A stretch of DNA of 22,407 nt from Paramicrosporidium saccamoebae KSL3 (Eukaryota > Fungi > Cryptomycota): contig MTSL01000010.1 in NCBI GenBank assembly GCA_002794465.1, forward strand, positions 4,969-27,375. The letters run 5' to 3'. Position numbers and translations under genes: made by a program. Shown piece after piece: positions 9,305 to 18,247 of this stretch. Positions within the stretch are counted from its first letter, which is position 1. The number at the start of each line of letters is the position of its first letter. Under the pieces are notes generated by a model. It worked only from the letters and a program-made list of their open reading frames with translations. It did not search any database and was not told where the DNA came from.

Positions 9305-9436
9305 GTAGTAAAGACCAAAGGAGTTGTGGGATTCGTAAAGACCAAATGCGCTGTGGGATTCGTAGTAAAGACCAAAGGAGTTGTGGGATTTGTAAAGACC
9401 ACATGGGCTACACCATAGAGATTTGTAGTAAAGACC
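9305..9436. repeat. Tandem repeat of 27-33-bp units beginning GT(AGT)AAAGACC, 4 units plus a partial fifth
   Basis: Units start at 9305 (30 nt), 9335 (27), 9362 (30), 9392 (33) and 9425 (partial). Units 1 and 3 are nearly identical. Confidence 0.9.
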
Positions 9437-9459
9437 CTATTAGACCGAAACTGTTTCTG

Positions 9460-9654
9460 ATTGGTGGCCCCGCTCTGAATATCTATCCAACACCCCCTCC
9501 CGATAACTGCCCGACCATTCAACCCAAATTGGCGCTGGATCCTAGTTAACAACGTCTACCAACCCGACATAATCACCCTCACGTCATACCGATTAGCCAA
9601 TAAAATTACGGCCAATGTCATTGGTTCTCAGCACGCACCATGATAATCGCCAAT
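9460..9654. promoter_or_regulatory. CCAAT-box cluster (6 copies) in the KAT14 / secreted protein divergent promoter
   Basis: ATTGG at 9460, 9528, 9620; CCAAT at 9597, 9612, 9650; CRE-like TCACGTCA at ~9579. Confidence 0.55.
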
Positions 9655-9690
9655 AGGCAAACGAGCATATTGACAAAAGTCGGCTCGTCC

Positions 9691-12600
9691 ATGCTACTCT
9701 TTGTACTACTGAGTCTACTATGCGTGCATGTAGCAGCGGGTTCAATAAGAGAGTTCATGACAGTGAATTCAGATCTCTTACGTGACATGCACCCCATCAT
9801 CCAAGGGTACAAACTGCATCCTCGGAGCGTCGAATGGTCCTCATGGGACGTTCTATTATCTACACTAAAGCCAGAGTGGCATGGAATGTGGTCAGTCTCT
9901 GAAAAAGTCTTAAACTACGACCCCGCCCACGCCCTGTCTACCGAGGCGGACGCTGTTGAGCTTGCCATCAAATTAATGGCCCCATTGCCGGGTTTGGCAA
10001 GGCCAAATTTATTGATCACCGCAGACGATGAGGACTTTATAAAAAGCACATTGAGGGCCAAGTGGAGAAGATATGATCCCATAAATTCTTCAGTCAAGGA
10101 CTTGAAGACAGCAGTGTCGTTACCAAGTGCGGATCACAAGACCCTTGATCTTTTTATCCACACGTTCAGACACGTCTTGCCCGACACGACCTTTTTGCGG
10201 GGCTCCAAGTTTGTAAGGACCGCCTATTCACCCAATGTGCCTTTTCTCCTACCAATAGCCCAGGCTGGCCGTGGAGGGCCAAGTGACTGGCTTGAAAATT
10301 TGCTGGCAAATGACACTGAATCAGCGGCCGCGTGGAGAATTCTCCCGGCATTAGCAGATTTCGTTGACGTTTGTAATGTGTGTAGCACTGTCACAGAAGC
10401 AAACAAAGTATATGCATGCCTGAAAGCGTGTCCAAGGTCTAGCAAGGCTTCAGAGTGGAGAGCGGATTCAATCCGTAACACTCTTAAAGTGTCCAGTTGG
10501 TATCACACCCCACGCAGAGACGTTGCCGAGATGGTGGAAAGGGCCAAAGATCGGGCTATTAGGACAGTTCTATGGTCCCTGGATGTCTCTGGTACGGCCT
10601 CGCCCATATTTCTAGCCTATGCTCTTGGAGATTCAAGCGAAACTGTGTTACAGTCCCATGATAGGGCGCAGATATGGATGGCAGAGTCTCCAAGCCCGTT
10701 TTGGAAACAAGCGGTTGCTTTAATGCACGCTAACCAAGCTCTTCCGGAAATCTGCGATGAGACTCTGGGCGCGGCTTATATTCCCAAGCTATTGGAACTG
10801 GGCTATCTTACACTGCCATTTGAAGTGCACCACTCGATTTATCCATGGAACATTAACAAAATGCTATATAAAATTTACAAAGATCTCAAGAGTCCCGACC
10901 CGAGCTTGATGGATATGCTCTCATTTTTTGAAAAGTTTGAGCCTAGCCCTCTAAAAACAAAGTGGCTGTTCGAAGTAATCAGGAATCCCTCGTCAACACG
11001 CTCAGAAAAAATCACCGCTTGGACAAGGGTTATCAAGCCACCGTTCGTAAACTTTATTCCCGGAGAATATTCAGCATACACTCTCCATGGACCGATGAAG
11101 GACAGCTGCCAGTTGTCTCGTGTCGTCTCAAAGCCTGAATTTGCCGAGATTTATAGCACTGTTAGTGATCACGTATTTTGGAAGCCAATAATAGTTAGCA
11201 CTGTAGCGTGCTGGATCGCCCAGAAAGCCAAAAAATCAAGCGCAGTTGACACGCTTGACCAGTGGAATGAACACATGGAAAGGCTTCTCGATGGAGAGAT
11301 CCTGGAATCAGTGCAGGTCAGTGCCCCAAAATCTACTCCTATAGCACCGCCGGTCAATCAATTTAAGCGAGAGCTGTCGCGAGTCTCGCGCCGTCTTACA
11401 CCAGAAAATACAGAGGTGCTAGAGGCGTTAAGATTTCCTGGTCTAAAAGATTTATGGCCTAGCACCCTTCCTGCCCAGGTTTCTTGGCCCAGGTATCGGG
11501 AACTGTTGGAACACATTGACAAATTCAGGGCCGGATGGGGTGTGCCCAATTTATTACATCATTTACGAACGCACGTGGTAGACTACATTAACAAGGGACA
11601 GCTAAGAGATTCATGGAAGATGGGATTCAAACGAGTGCGCAATATTCACGAGCTGGACACTCTTTTGGAAAAGGTCAATGATGAATTTTTAGACACGGCA
11701 GTCTCTCTTCCCTGGAGCTCCCCAGGATGGACACGACTCGCTGTAATGTCCAACACTTGGAATTCGGACCATCTTGTTCGTAGAAAGTTGTGTGAAATTC
11801 TTGCTGACCATTTGGTCACGTCGGCAAGGGAGGAGAACCATTCGCAGGGCATTGCGTTTCTACTGCTGGACAGCTTTACAAAATACTCTTCTTACAATAG
11901 GCGGTTTATGAGGCTTGTTGGAGTGTATCTCAACTCCCTTATTGATCCTAAAATCGAAAGCCCTCGCACAATCCTTAGGGACTTGATCTTAGACAGATTT
12001 CTGGAACGAAGCCTTGATGATAATTCAGAGGGCTTGGCCCTTCACACCAAACTGGGAAAGCTGCTGCTAATCAAGGAATCAGCCAGGGCTAAGGAAAACT
12101 TTAACTGGGCACTCCGGTTAATTACTGACTTTGCTACAAATCGGCTGTCTACTACAAAAAATGACTGGGATGTTGCCTTTGAGGTCGTAAACAGTGCATC
12201 CTTTGTAAAAACTCAACAACAGAGATTGGGCGCGGCTTTGCTAAAGAATACAAACCAAGATGAGTGGAAATTGCTCATGGAATTCTTCCCATGGAATCAA
12301 TTCCGGCAGCACATTGACCCGCTAGTCCATCTTGGGGACTTGCAGGCCTCTAGAAACGCGCTCTGCGAGCTTATGAGTCCCATACCGGACGTAGCAAGCA
12401 ATGGTGATCCAATATGTATTCTGGAGACAGTTCCAGATGCTACACTCAAATTCCAGTGGCTCGATCAGCATTCGCATTTCCCGGGCTGCCAACAATGGTT
12501 TGTCAGTTTTGTGGCAAATCTCCGTACTAGTTGCATTCCAGAGGGTGCCGACACGAATCCATTGGATGCCCTCGAAGAGTTACTTGACTACAGTATTAAA

Positions 12601-13980
12601 AATCAAAGCATTGCAGCCGCCAGTCTGGTGTCAGTCGAGGATAATTTCACTCAAGGACTCGATCGATCATTGAGTCTCATCAGCAAGGCCATCAGCGATC
12701 CAAATTCTTCCAAAGTAGAAAAATTTCCCTTGAAGCTCGACGCAATTATGCCCAAACTCACTGGGCAGGATGCCATTGACAGGTCCCGAGATACACTGTC
12801 CTTGATAGTTACCCACACTATTGCGAAAGCACCCGGTCTATTTGAAAAGGAGCAAAGGGACAATTTCTTCAAAATTGCCGAAAAACTAGTACTCATAATG
12901 GGCCAAGAAAGATATGTCCGTGCGGTGAAGCTGTTAGCAGACATTTCCCCAGATGTCTTTAGTAATTCAATGGAAAAGGCAGAGACGATTACAAGAATAT
13001 TCAAATTTGCCATGACCAACGAAGAGTCAAAAGTTAAAGCTGGTGATGCTGAGACACACGTGCTTGGCTATGACTTGCCAGAGGAACGACAGCCAATTTG
13101 TGACTCGGACACTTTTGAACAGTTTAGAGCCCGAGATCCCAATCACATTCAATTTACTCCCATGTGCCCAGCTCGGCGTGACTTGATGAGTATTCCCAAG
13201 GCCGTCCCAGCCATCGGCGACGAGCTCAGTGTAAATCTCATCCTGGAAGAGCCCGTGCTATGGCTGGGATCGCTTTCAAATGCCCAACTACAGAGTATTG
13301 GCAATAATGACAACAATCTCTGTACGGTATTGGAATCGGAGAAGCACATGAAGCAATTCCACTTTATGAGCGCTCTTCCCCAATTCAAACCTAAATGCAT
13401 CCAGAGTGCCAAAGCAAACTGGATTTGGGCCCTGATTCCTAACCAAGATGACATAGTTCACGACGAGCCTTATGAAATTGCAAGACAGCTGACTGCCAGC
13501 AACTTTGAAGGCTTAGACCCCAGATTTCTTGAGCTTGCAAACTTGGAGAAGGAGTTTTGGGAAGTGGTCACGAACAAGGAGATTTCCGATGACCACCCGT
13601 GCAAGACTATCCCTGAAAACATCAAATCCAAGTTTTGGGAAGGTGCCTCTGTTGACTGCCTAACAACTCCTCGCTCAGATGACGCCACGCTCATCTCTCT
13701 GGCCTCTACACGGCAACTTTCTATGATTGGAGAAGACAAATGGGCAGACTTGGGTCCTAAAATCCTCTCGATCCAGCCAGATACTATTGCTGCAATGCAG
13801 TCTGCGCGATGGAGCTACATTTTGCCAGTGATTCACAGCTATAAGCAGAGCCATTCTAAGGAATACGCGCAATTTGCCCAAAAGGTATTAGAATGCCCAA
13901 GAGACAGGTTTATTAGAGCATTCAACGGCGAACACATGGGTCAACATAACAGTGAATACAAGGGCATGTACAACAATTAA
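9691..13980 (+). CDS. Large predicted secreted protein of unknown function, ~1429 aa
   Basis: Intronless ORF. The likely start is ATG 9691, giving a signal peptide (MLLFVLLSLLCVHVAAGS). No TM is evident. The composition is Leu/Trp-rich and looks helical, and the C-terminal ~330 aa carry Cys-pair repeats. Confidence 0.82.
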   Translation: MLLFVLLSLLCVHVAAGSIREFMTVNSDLLRDMHPIIQGYKLHPRSVEWSSWDVLLSTLKPEWHGMWSVSEKVLNYDPAHALSTEADAVELAIKLMAPLPGLARPNLLITADDEDFIKSTLRAKWRRYDPINSSVKDLKTAVSLPSADHKTLDLFIHTFRHVLPDTTFLRGSKFVRTAYSPNVPFLLPIAQAGRGGPSDWLENLLANDTESAAAWRILPALADFVDVCNVCSTVTEANKVYACLKACPRSSKASEWRADSIRNTLKVSSWYHTPRRDVAEMVERAKDRAIRTVLWSLDVSGTASPIFLAYALGDSSETVLQSHDRAQIWMAESPSPFWKQAVALMHANQALPEICDETLGAAYIPKLLELGYLTLPFEVHHSIYPWNINKMLYKIYKDLKSPDPSLMDMLSFFEKFEPSPLKTKWLFEVIRNPSSTRSEKITAWTRVIKPPFVNFIPGEYSAYTLHGPMKDSCQLSRVVSKPEFAEIYSTVSDHVFWKPIIVSTVACWIAQKAKKSSAVDTLDQWNEHMERLLDGEILESVQVSAPKSTPIAPPVNQFKRELSRVSRRLTPENTEVLEALRFPGLKDLWPSTLPAQVSWPRYRELLEHIDKFRAGWGVPNLLHHLRTHVVDYINKGQLRDSWKMGFKRVRNIHELDTLLEKVNDEFLDTAVSLPWSSPGWTRLAVMSNTWNSDHLVRRKLCEILADHLVTSAREENHSQGIAFLLLDSFTKYSSYNRRFMRLVGVYLNSLIDPKIESPRTILRDLILDRFLERSLDDNSEGLALHTKLGKLLLIKESARAKENFNWALRLITDFATNRLSTTKNDWDVAFEVVNSASFVKTQQQRLGAALLKNTNQDEWKLLMEFFPWNQFRQHIDPLVHLGDLQASRNALCELMSPIPDVASNGDPICILETVPDATLKFQWLDQHSHFPGCQQWFVSFVANLRTSCIPEGADTNPLDALEELLDYSIKNQSIAAASLVSVEDNFTQGLDRSLSLISKAISDPNSSKVEKFPLKLDAIMPKLTGQDAIDRSRDTLSLIVTHTIAKAPGLFEKEQRDNFFKIAEKLVLIMGQERYVRAVKLLADISPDVFSNSMEKAETITRIFKFAMTNEESKVKAGDAETHVLGYDLPEERQPICDSDTFEQFRARDPNHIQFTPMCPARRDLMSIPKAVPAIGDELSVNLILEEPVLWLGSLSNAQLQSIGNNDNNLCTVLESEKHMKQFHFMSALPQFKPKCIQSAKANWIWALIPNQDDIVHDEPYEIARQLTASNFEGLDPRFLELANLEKEFWEVVTNKEISDDHPCKTIPENIKSKFWEGASVDCLTTPRSDDATLISLASTRQLSMIGEDKWADLGPKILSIQPDTIAAMQSARWSYILPVIHSYKQSHSKEYAQFAQKVLECPRDRFIRAFNGEHMGQHNSEYKGMYNN

Positions 13981-14184
13981 ACCAGTGATAAATACAACAG
14001 TTAATACGATGGTGAATAAAAACCAACATATAACGAGCACCAAACTGAGGTTTACAGTATAAAGCGACTGGGATTGGTTATAAAGGCCCAGTTATCCCTT
14101 ATATAGTATTACTATTACTCATACATACTCTTTTCCACCCACATAACATATACCCTCCCCCTCCACACAGGGGTATACGCGTTC

Positions 14185-14970
14185 ATGTCAGATTCACCCC
14201 ACTCTACTGACCACGGCGGCCCGAGCCATATCCAGACTTCATCTGGACAGGATAGTGTGGCCCAGAAACCCTCACTTATGGGGGACAGCAACAATCAGAG
14301 TATCACTCTGTATGTCAGCGGCCTTGCTCGCTCCATGCGGGAAGACGACCTCCGCTCTCTCTTTGAACCTTATGGAGAACTGACCCGTGTCAAGGTCGTA
14401 AATGATCCCCATACGGGCGACAACCGAGGATTCGGCTTCGTTGGCTATCTCGAGGATTCTTGCGCGCAGGCCGCCATCGATGCTCTTGACAAGAAGGACC
14501 ATTTGGGGAGGAATCTTGCGGTTGAGCGTGCCCGTCGAGACCGTCCTCGCTCTCCCACTCCGGGTCAGTACCATGGTCCGACTCGTGACCGCGGACACGA
14601 GCGTCGTCCCCGCAGAGACGACCGTCGGCGACGCTACTCCTCTCGCTCTCGTTCGCGCTCCCGTAGTCGTTCATATAGTCGCGATGAACGTCGTTCTCGT
14701 CACTATGGACGGGACCGTTCCGACCGCTACGAACCATCCAGGGACTCGTATGGCTATGGAGACCGTGACTATCGTCCATATCCCTCTCGTCCCTCTGCGC
14801 CCCCCACATACTATCCGCCACCCCGTGAGAACATGTATCAAGCGCCTCCCGGCGCCCGCTATGATGCCTACACTGTGCCTCCAATGTACATGCCTCCCAC
14901 TGACTATGAGAGACGCTATCCGCCTCCCATGGGTGCCGTCCCTCCTAGACCAAGATCTCCATACAATTAG
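14185..14970 (+). CDS. Transformer-2-like RRM/RS splicing factor, 261 aa
   Basis: RNP2 LYVSGL and RNP1 RGFGFVGY, post-RRM RPRSPTPGQYHG (Tra2-type PTPG motif), an RS-dipeptide tract and a Pro/Tyr-rich tail. Confidence 0.85.
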   Translation: MSDSPHSTDHGGPSHIQTSSGQDSVAQKPSLMGDSNNQSITLYVSGLARSMREDDLRSLFEPYGELTRVKVVNDPHTGDNRGFGFVGYLEDSCAQAAIDALDKKDHLGRNLAVERARRDRPRSPTPGQYHGPTRDRGHERRPRRDDRRRRYSSRSRSRSRSRSYSRDERRSRHYGRDRSDRYEPSRDSYGYGDRDYRPYPSRPSAPPTYYPPPRENMYQAPPGARYDAYTVPPMYMPPTDYERRYPPPMGAVPPRPRSPYN

Positions 14971-15052
14971 TCATCCAAACACTGCAATTCACTAAAGGGT
15001 ATCCGATATATTTTACACATAAGGTAAAGTAAAAAAATCAATTGTCAAATTC

Positions 15053-16219
15053 ATGAATTCTGGCAACAGTATTCGGTTACTAAGAAGCTGTAGTGGTCGT
15101 TGCATCATTGTAATGGTTGTAGTTGCATCAGAGACTGGCCAGGCAGTAAAGACTGAGGTGAGCTTTAAAAAGGCGGCGGACAAAATGCCCACTCCCCAGC
15201 CCCTCCTGACCCGCCAAACATTGCCGCATATCAAAGTCCCCTTTCTTCCATCTGAAAGCAAAACTCCTGGTGTCAACCAAGTGTATCAAATTAATCCGAC
15301 CCTGAGTTCATTACTTGGGACCCATTCCGCTCCTACACATCTCCTGCAGACCGTAAGGCTCCACTTTGCATTGCAACAATATATTTAGTTTACCACTCTG
15401 AATCAAAATGCTCTACTTTGGCGGAGCTCTTCCAAGAAACTGGCTCACGAGTTACGGTCTGCCTCTAGCCGGTGTCTTATAGATGGGCCCGTTGGGTCGG
15501 GAAAAAGTTCCACCGTTCTGCAGCTGTTGGATTATTTTCGCAGTCTAAATCCTAATGACACTTTTATATTTCTTCCCCGAATGTCGCGCTGGATTGCAGG
15601 ATATTATCCATATTATCTTCACAACCAAACTCAGGAATACGACCAGCCTGAGCTTGCACTAGAAGTTTTAAAATATGCCTCCAAACTGAATCCAGGACTC
15701 GAATTAGAGGGTGCCTTGGCAGAGTGCTCCAAAGATCCAAAGTGTGCGCGACTGCACCTTGCTGAGCTTTTCAAAAGGCTGGACAATAGCGAATCACGTG
15801 TATTTATTTTTACTGACGAGGTTAATGCCCTTTATTCGCCACTGGCATACAGGGATGTGGATAGTAAGCCGCTGCAGATGGAGAGGATGCCGGTTCTGAA
15901 AATGTTAAAAGAGCTGATCCAGAATCCACGCCACAAACTGGTTGCGGCCTTGTGCAATGATAACCCGCAACTTTCCCTATTTGATCTCAGGTCTGAGCTA
16001 AAGGCCTCGTCAGTTGAAACTTTAGAGTACTTTAATGATCACGAAGTTTATTCAGTGTTGAAATATTATCAGTCCCTCGGGCATGTGTCAAATGAACCGT
16101 TCGATAGCCGATTTGCCAGAAAGATTCGTTTTGTTTCTGGTGGCTGTGGCAGTAAGATTCTCCCTGCAGTTTACTACAACTCGGTCTACCAAAAAGATTC
16201 TGCCCGCCGTCCACAGTGA
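15053..16219 (+). CDS. DAP3: Mitochondrial small-subunit ribosomal protein mS29 (DAP3/Rsm23), join(15053..15352,15389..16219), ~376 aa
   Basis: A 36-nt GTAAGG...TTTAG intron links the two ORFs. The joined sequence has the P-loop LIDGPVGSGKS, then SRWIAG, YDQPELA and the Walker B-like VFIFTDEVNALY. The start codon and N-terminus are less certain. Confidence 0.8.
15353..15388 (+). other. Spliceosomal intron (36 nt) in DAP3
   Basis: GTAAGG...ATATTTAG, phase 0. It restores the frame containing the P-loop. Confidence 0.85.
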
Positions 16220-16227
16220 CGTTATAC

Positions 16228-16470
16228 TAATCAATAAACTATCCACCTCTAGCTCCATGGCACTTTAATAATCAATAAACTATCCATCTCTAGCTCCATG
16301 GCACTTTAATAATCAATAAACTATCCGCCTTTAGCTCCATGACACTTAATAATCAACAAATCATCCGCCTTTAGCTCCAGGACACTTAATAATCAATAAA
16401 TTATCCGCCTTTAGCTTCCATGGTACTTTAATAATTAATAAACTATCCATTCTCGGGCTTTATGACACCA
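16228..16470. repeat. 40-42-bp minisatellite, ~5.5-6 copies, between convergent 3' ends
   Basis: Consensus taatcaataaactatccgcctttagctccatggcactttaa. Units start at 16228, 16269, 16310, 16350, 16390, 16432. Confidence 0.95.
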
Positions 16471-16546
16471 AAAAGATATTAATAGTGCATTTGTGATTTT
16501 ATAAAACAGTACATGCCTTAAATGATACAAAACGATCTAGTCACTG

Positions 16547-17296
16547 TCACCCATCCAATTCTGCAGGCTTATATCGCGCGAGGAACGACAGTATCTTTTG
16601 CTTAGTAAATAGCTTGGCTTCCACATTATTTGTAATTTCCAATCGGGCGTCGTTGATTATCACGGAAAGATCACACTCATCCCTCTCAACCAGATCTATC
16701 AATTCCCGGATGCTATCAGTGTCTTTCAGTGATTGGGAAAAATGTCTCTTGACCGAGGAGGCAATCCTTCCGCCCATCTCTTCGCGCCGTTTCCGAAACC
16801 ATTTCCGAACTTGAGATAGGATGCTCTTGCGGTCCAGCCGTAGGTAAATGTTATTTAGTTGCTGAGCGACTCTGTTAAAGGATATCACAGTGGGCTCGGG
16901 TGTCGCTTCCAGGACGGGCAAACAGAACCTGTCCAGGTGCCCACGGCTAATCTCCCGCTGATTCAACTCAACACCAAGATCATCTTGCGTGCTGCGCTCT
17001 CTACTTAATGTTGTTACAGCCTCTTCCAGTCTGGTAAGCCTCAAGTGAACGCTAGCAAGTTCAGCTTGCACATAGGCATGATGATTATCTATCAAAACTT
17101 CACGGCTAGCAGCCTCAGAATAATCGTCGTGGTCGTGTTTTCCTAGTACAGTACCAACGCTGTGCGATACTTTGGGAATATCGTCTGGCCCAAGAAATTC
17201 TGACAGATTTATAGACCCAAAGTCGACTCCCGTGAGGTCCTTCGTCCATAACCCCATTGGGAATGGCTCTCTGTTGTCGTCACCATTGTGAGCCAT
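16547..17296 (-). CDS. Atypical homeodomain-like protein, paralog 1, ~249 aa
   Basis: Coiled-coil (LASVHLRLTRLEEAV), then LDRFCLPVLEATPEPT...SQVRKWFRKRREE. First ATG at 17296. Confidence 0.7.
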   Translation of the reverse strand: MAHNGDDNREPFPMGLWTKDLTGVDFGSINLSEFLGPDDIPKVSHSVGTVLGKHDHDDYSEAASREVLIDNHHAYVQAELASVHLRLTRLEEAVTTLSRERSTQDDLGVELNQREISRGHLDRFCLPVLEATPEPTVISFNRVAQQLNNIYLRLDRKSILSQVRKWFRKRREEMGGRIASSVKRHFSQSLKDTDSIRELIDLVERDECDLSVIINDARLEITNNVEAKLFTKQKILSFLARYKPAELDG

Positions 17297-17442
17297 CACT
17301 CTATATGATTCCTCTCAGCTAAGCCTAGTTGTTGTGGATAAAGTGGATGCGCAACTGGGTGTGCAGTCCCGCGTTAAGATCGGCCAACCTGTTTTGCCCT
17401 GGGAAGACGGAAAAGTGCCCTAAATGCACCTCCAATGCGACT

Positions 17443-18084
17443 TTAATATGCCTTTTTATTGGCGGATAAATGCAGTTTAATCTTATCCCGACAGAACTGA
17501 ATCTTGGCACCGTGATTGGTAAAGTTAATCCCAGCCCCCTTTATGATATTATCACAAATAGTTTCAGAGTCGTCGAGTTCCTTCAGGAATGCTTGCTTCT
17601 GAGATTTGGCCTCTTCGCCATACAGCCTGCTAAATGCAGTAATAATCCTGCCGCCCACTCTCTCGCGCCGCTTCCTAAACCATTTCTTTACCTGAGACTG
17701 CATCCGACGACGGTCAAGATTTGGAAAGTCCCCATCTAACCGTTTCATAATGGCGTTTATCTGCATATTGGTAGGCTCAGGAGTCGTGTCAAAGACGGGC
17801 TGGCAGTTATCGTCTAGGTTCTGTGCCGAGAGCCCATCGAAGGATGGGCGCTGTTCAACTAGCCTTGCCACAGCTTCCTCAAGATTGGCCAATCTACAGT
17901 TAACGTGAGCTAAACACTCCATGACCTCGAGGTTACCACCAGTCTCTTGAGGTGCGATACTCTCAGTTGATCCGAGTCCAGCGAACGGATCGATCAGACC
18001 CAAGCTCACACCCTGCTCACCGAAGAGATTGTCTAAATTATCCTCGGTAATCCTCTGTGCTAGGTGACCATTCGACTTGGACAT
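17443..18084 (-). CDS. Atypical homeodomain-like protein, paralog 2, ~213 aa
   Basis: Coiled-coil (LAHVNCRLANLEEAV), then LDDNCQPVFDTTPEPT...SQVKKWFRKRRER. First ATG at 18084. Colinear similarity to 16547..17296. Confidence 0.7.
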   Translation of the reverse strand: MSKSNGHLAQRITEDNLDNLFGEQGVSLGLIDPFAGLGSTESIAPQETGGNLEVMECLAHVNCRLANLEEAVARLVEQRPSFDGLSAQNLDDNCQPVFDTTPEPTNMQINAIMKRLDGDFPNLDRRRMQSQVKKWFRKRRERVGGRIITAFSRLYGEEAKSQKQAFLKELDDSETICDNIIKGAGINFTNHGAKIQFCRDKIKLHLSANKKAY

Positions 18085-18247
18085 TACCGCACAGTACTGC
18101 ACAATACCACGCAGGCGACTATTAGGATTGCATGAAACTTTGGTACCTCATGTCTCTCGTGATTGGTCGCGGTCCTTCTTAATTGGGAAAATCACTTGGT
18201 CCCTTCATAATGAACGGCAGCAGCCAATTACTCTGTAGGTGACTGGA

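Noticed and set aside
9241-9552. ORFs 9241..9552 (-) and 9298..9549 (+) as separate genes
   Set aside because: They are open only because the repeat units are multiples of 3, and they overlap a divergent promoter.
9640-9690. Start of the large ORF at 9640
   Set aside because: ATG 9691 directly begins a canonical signal peptide, and a CCAAT box lies at 9650.
14272-14995. Alternative-frame and antisense ORFs over the RRM gene
   Set aside because: They arise from GC-rich RS-repeat codons and have no protein-like features.
16228-16470. CRISPR array
   Set aside because: The units are contiguous near-identical repeats with no unique spacers, there are no cas genes and the context is eukaryotic.
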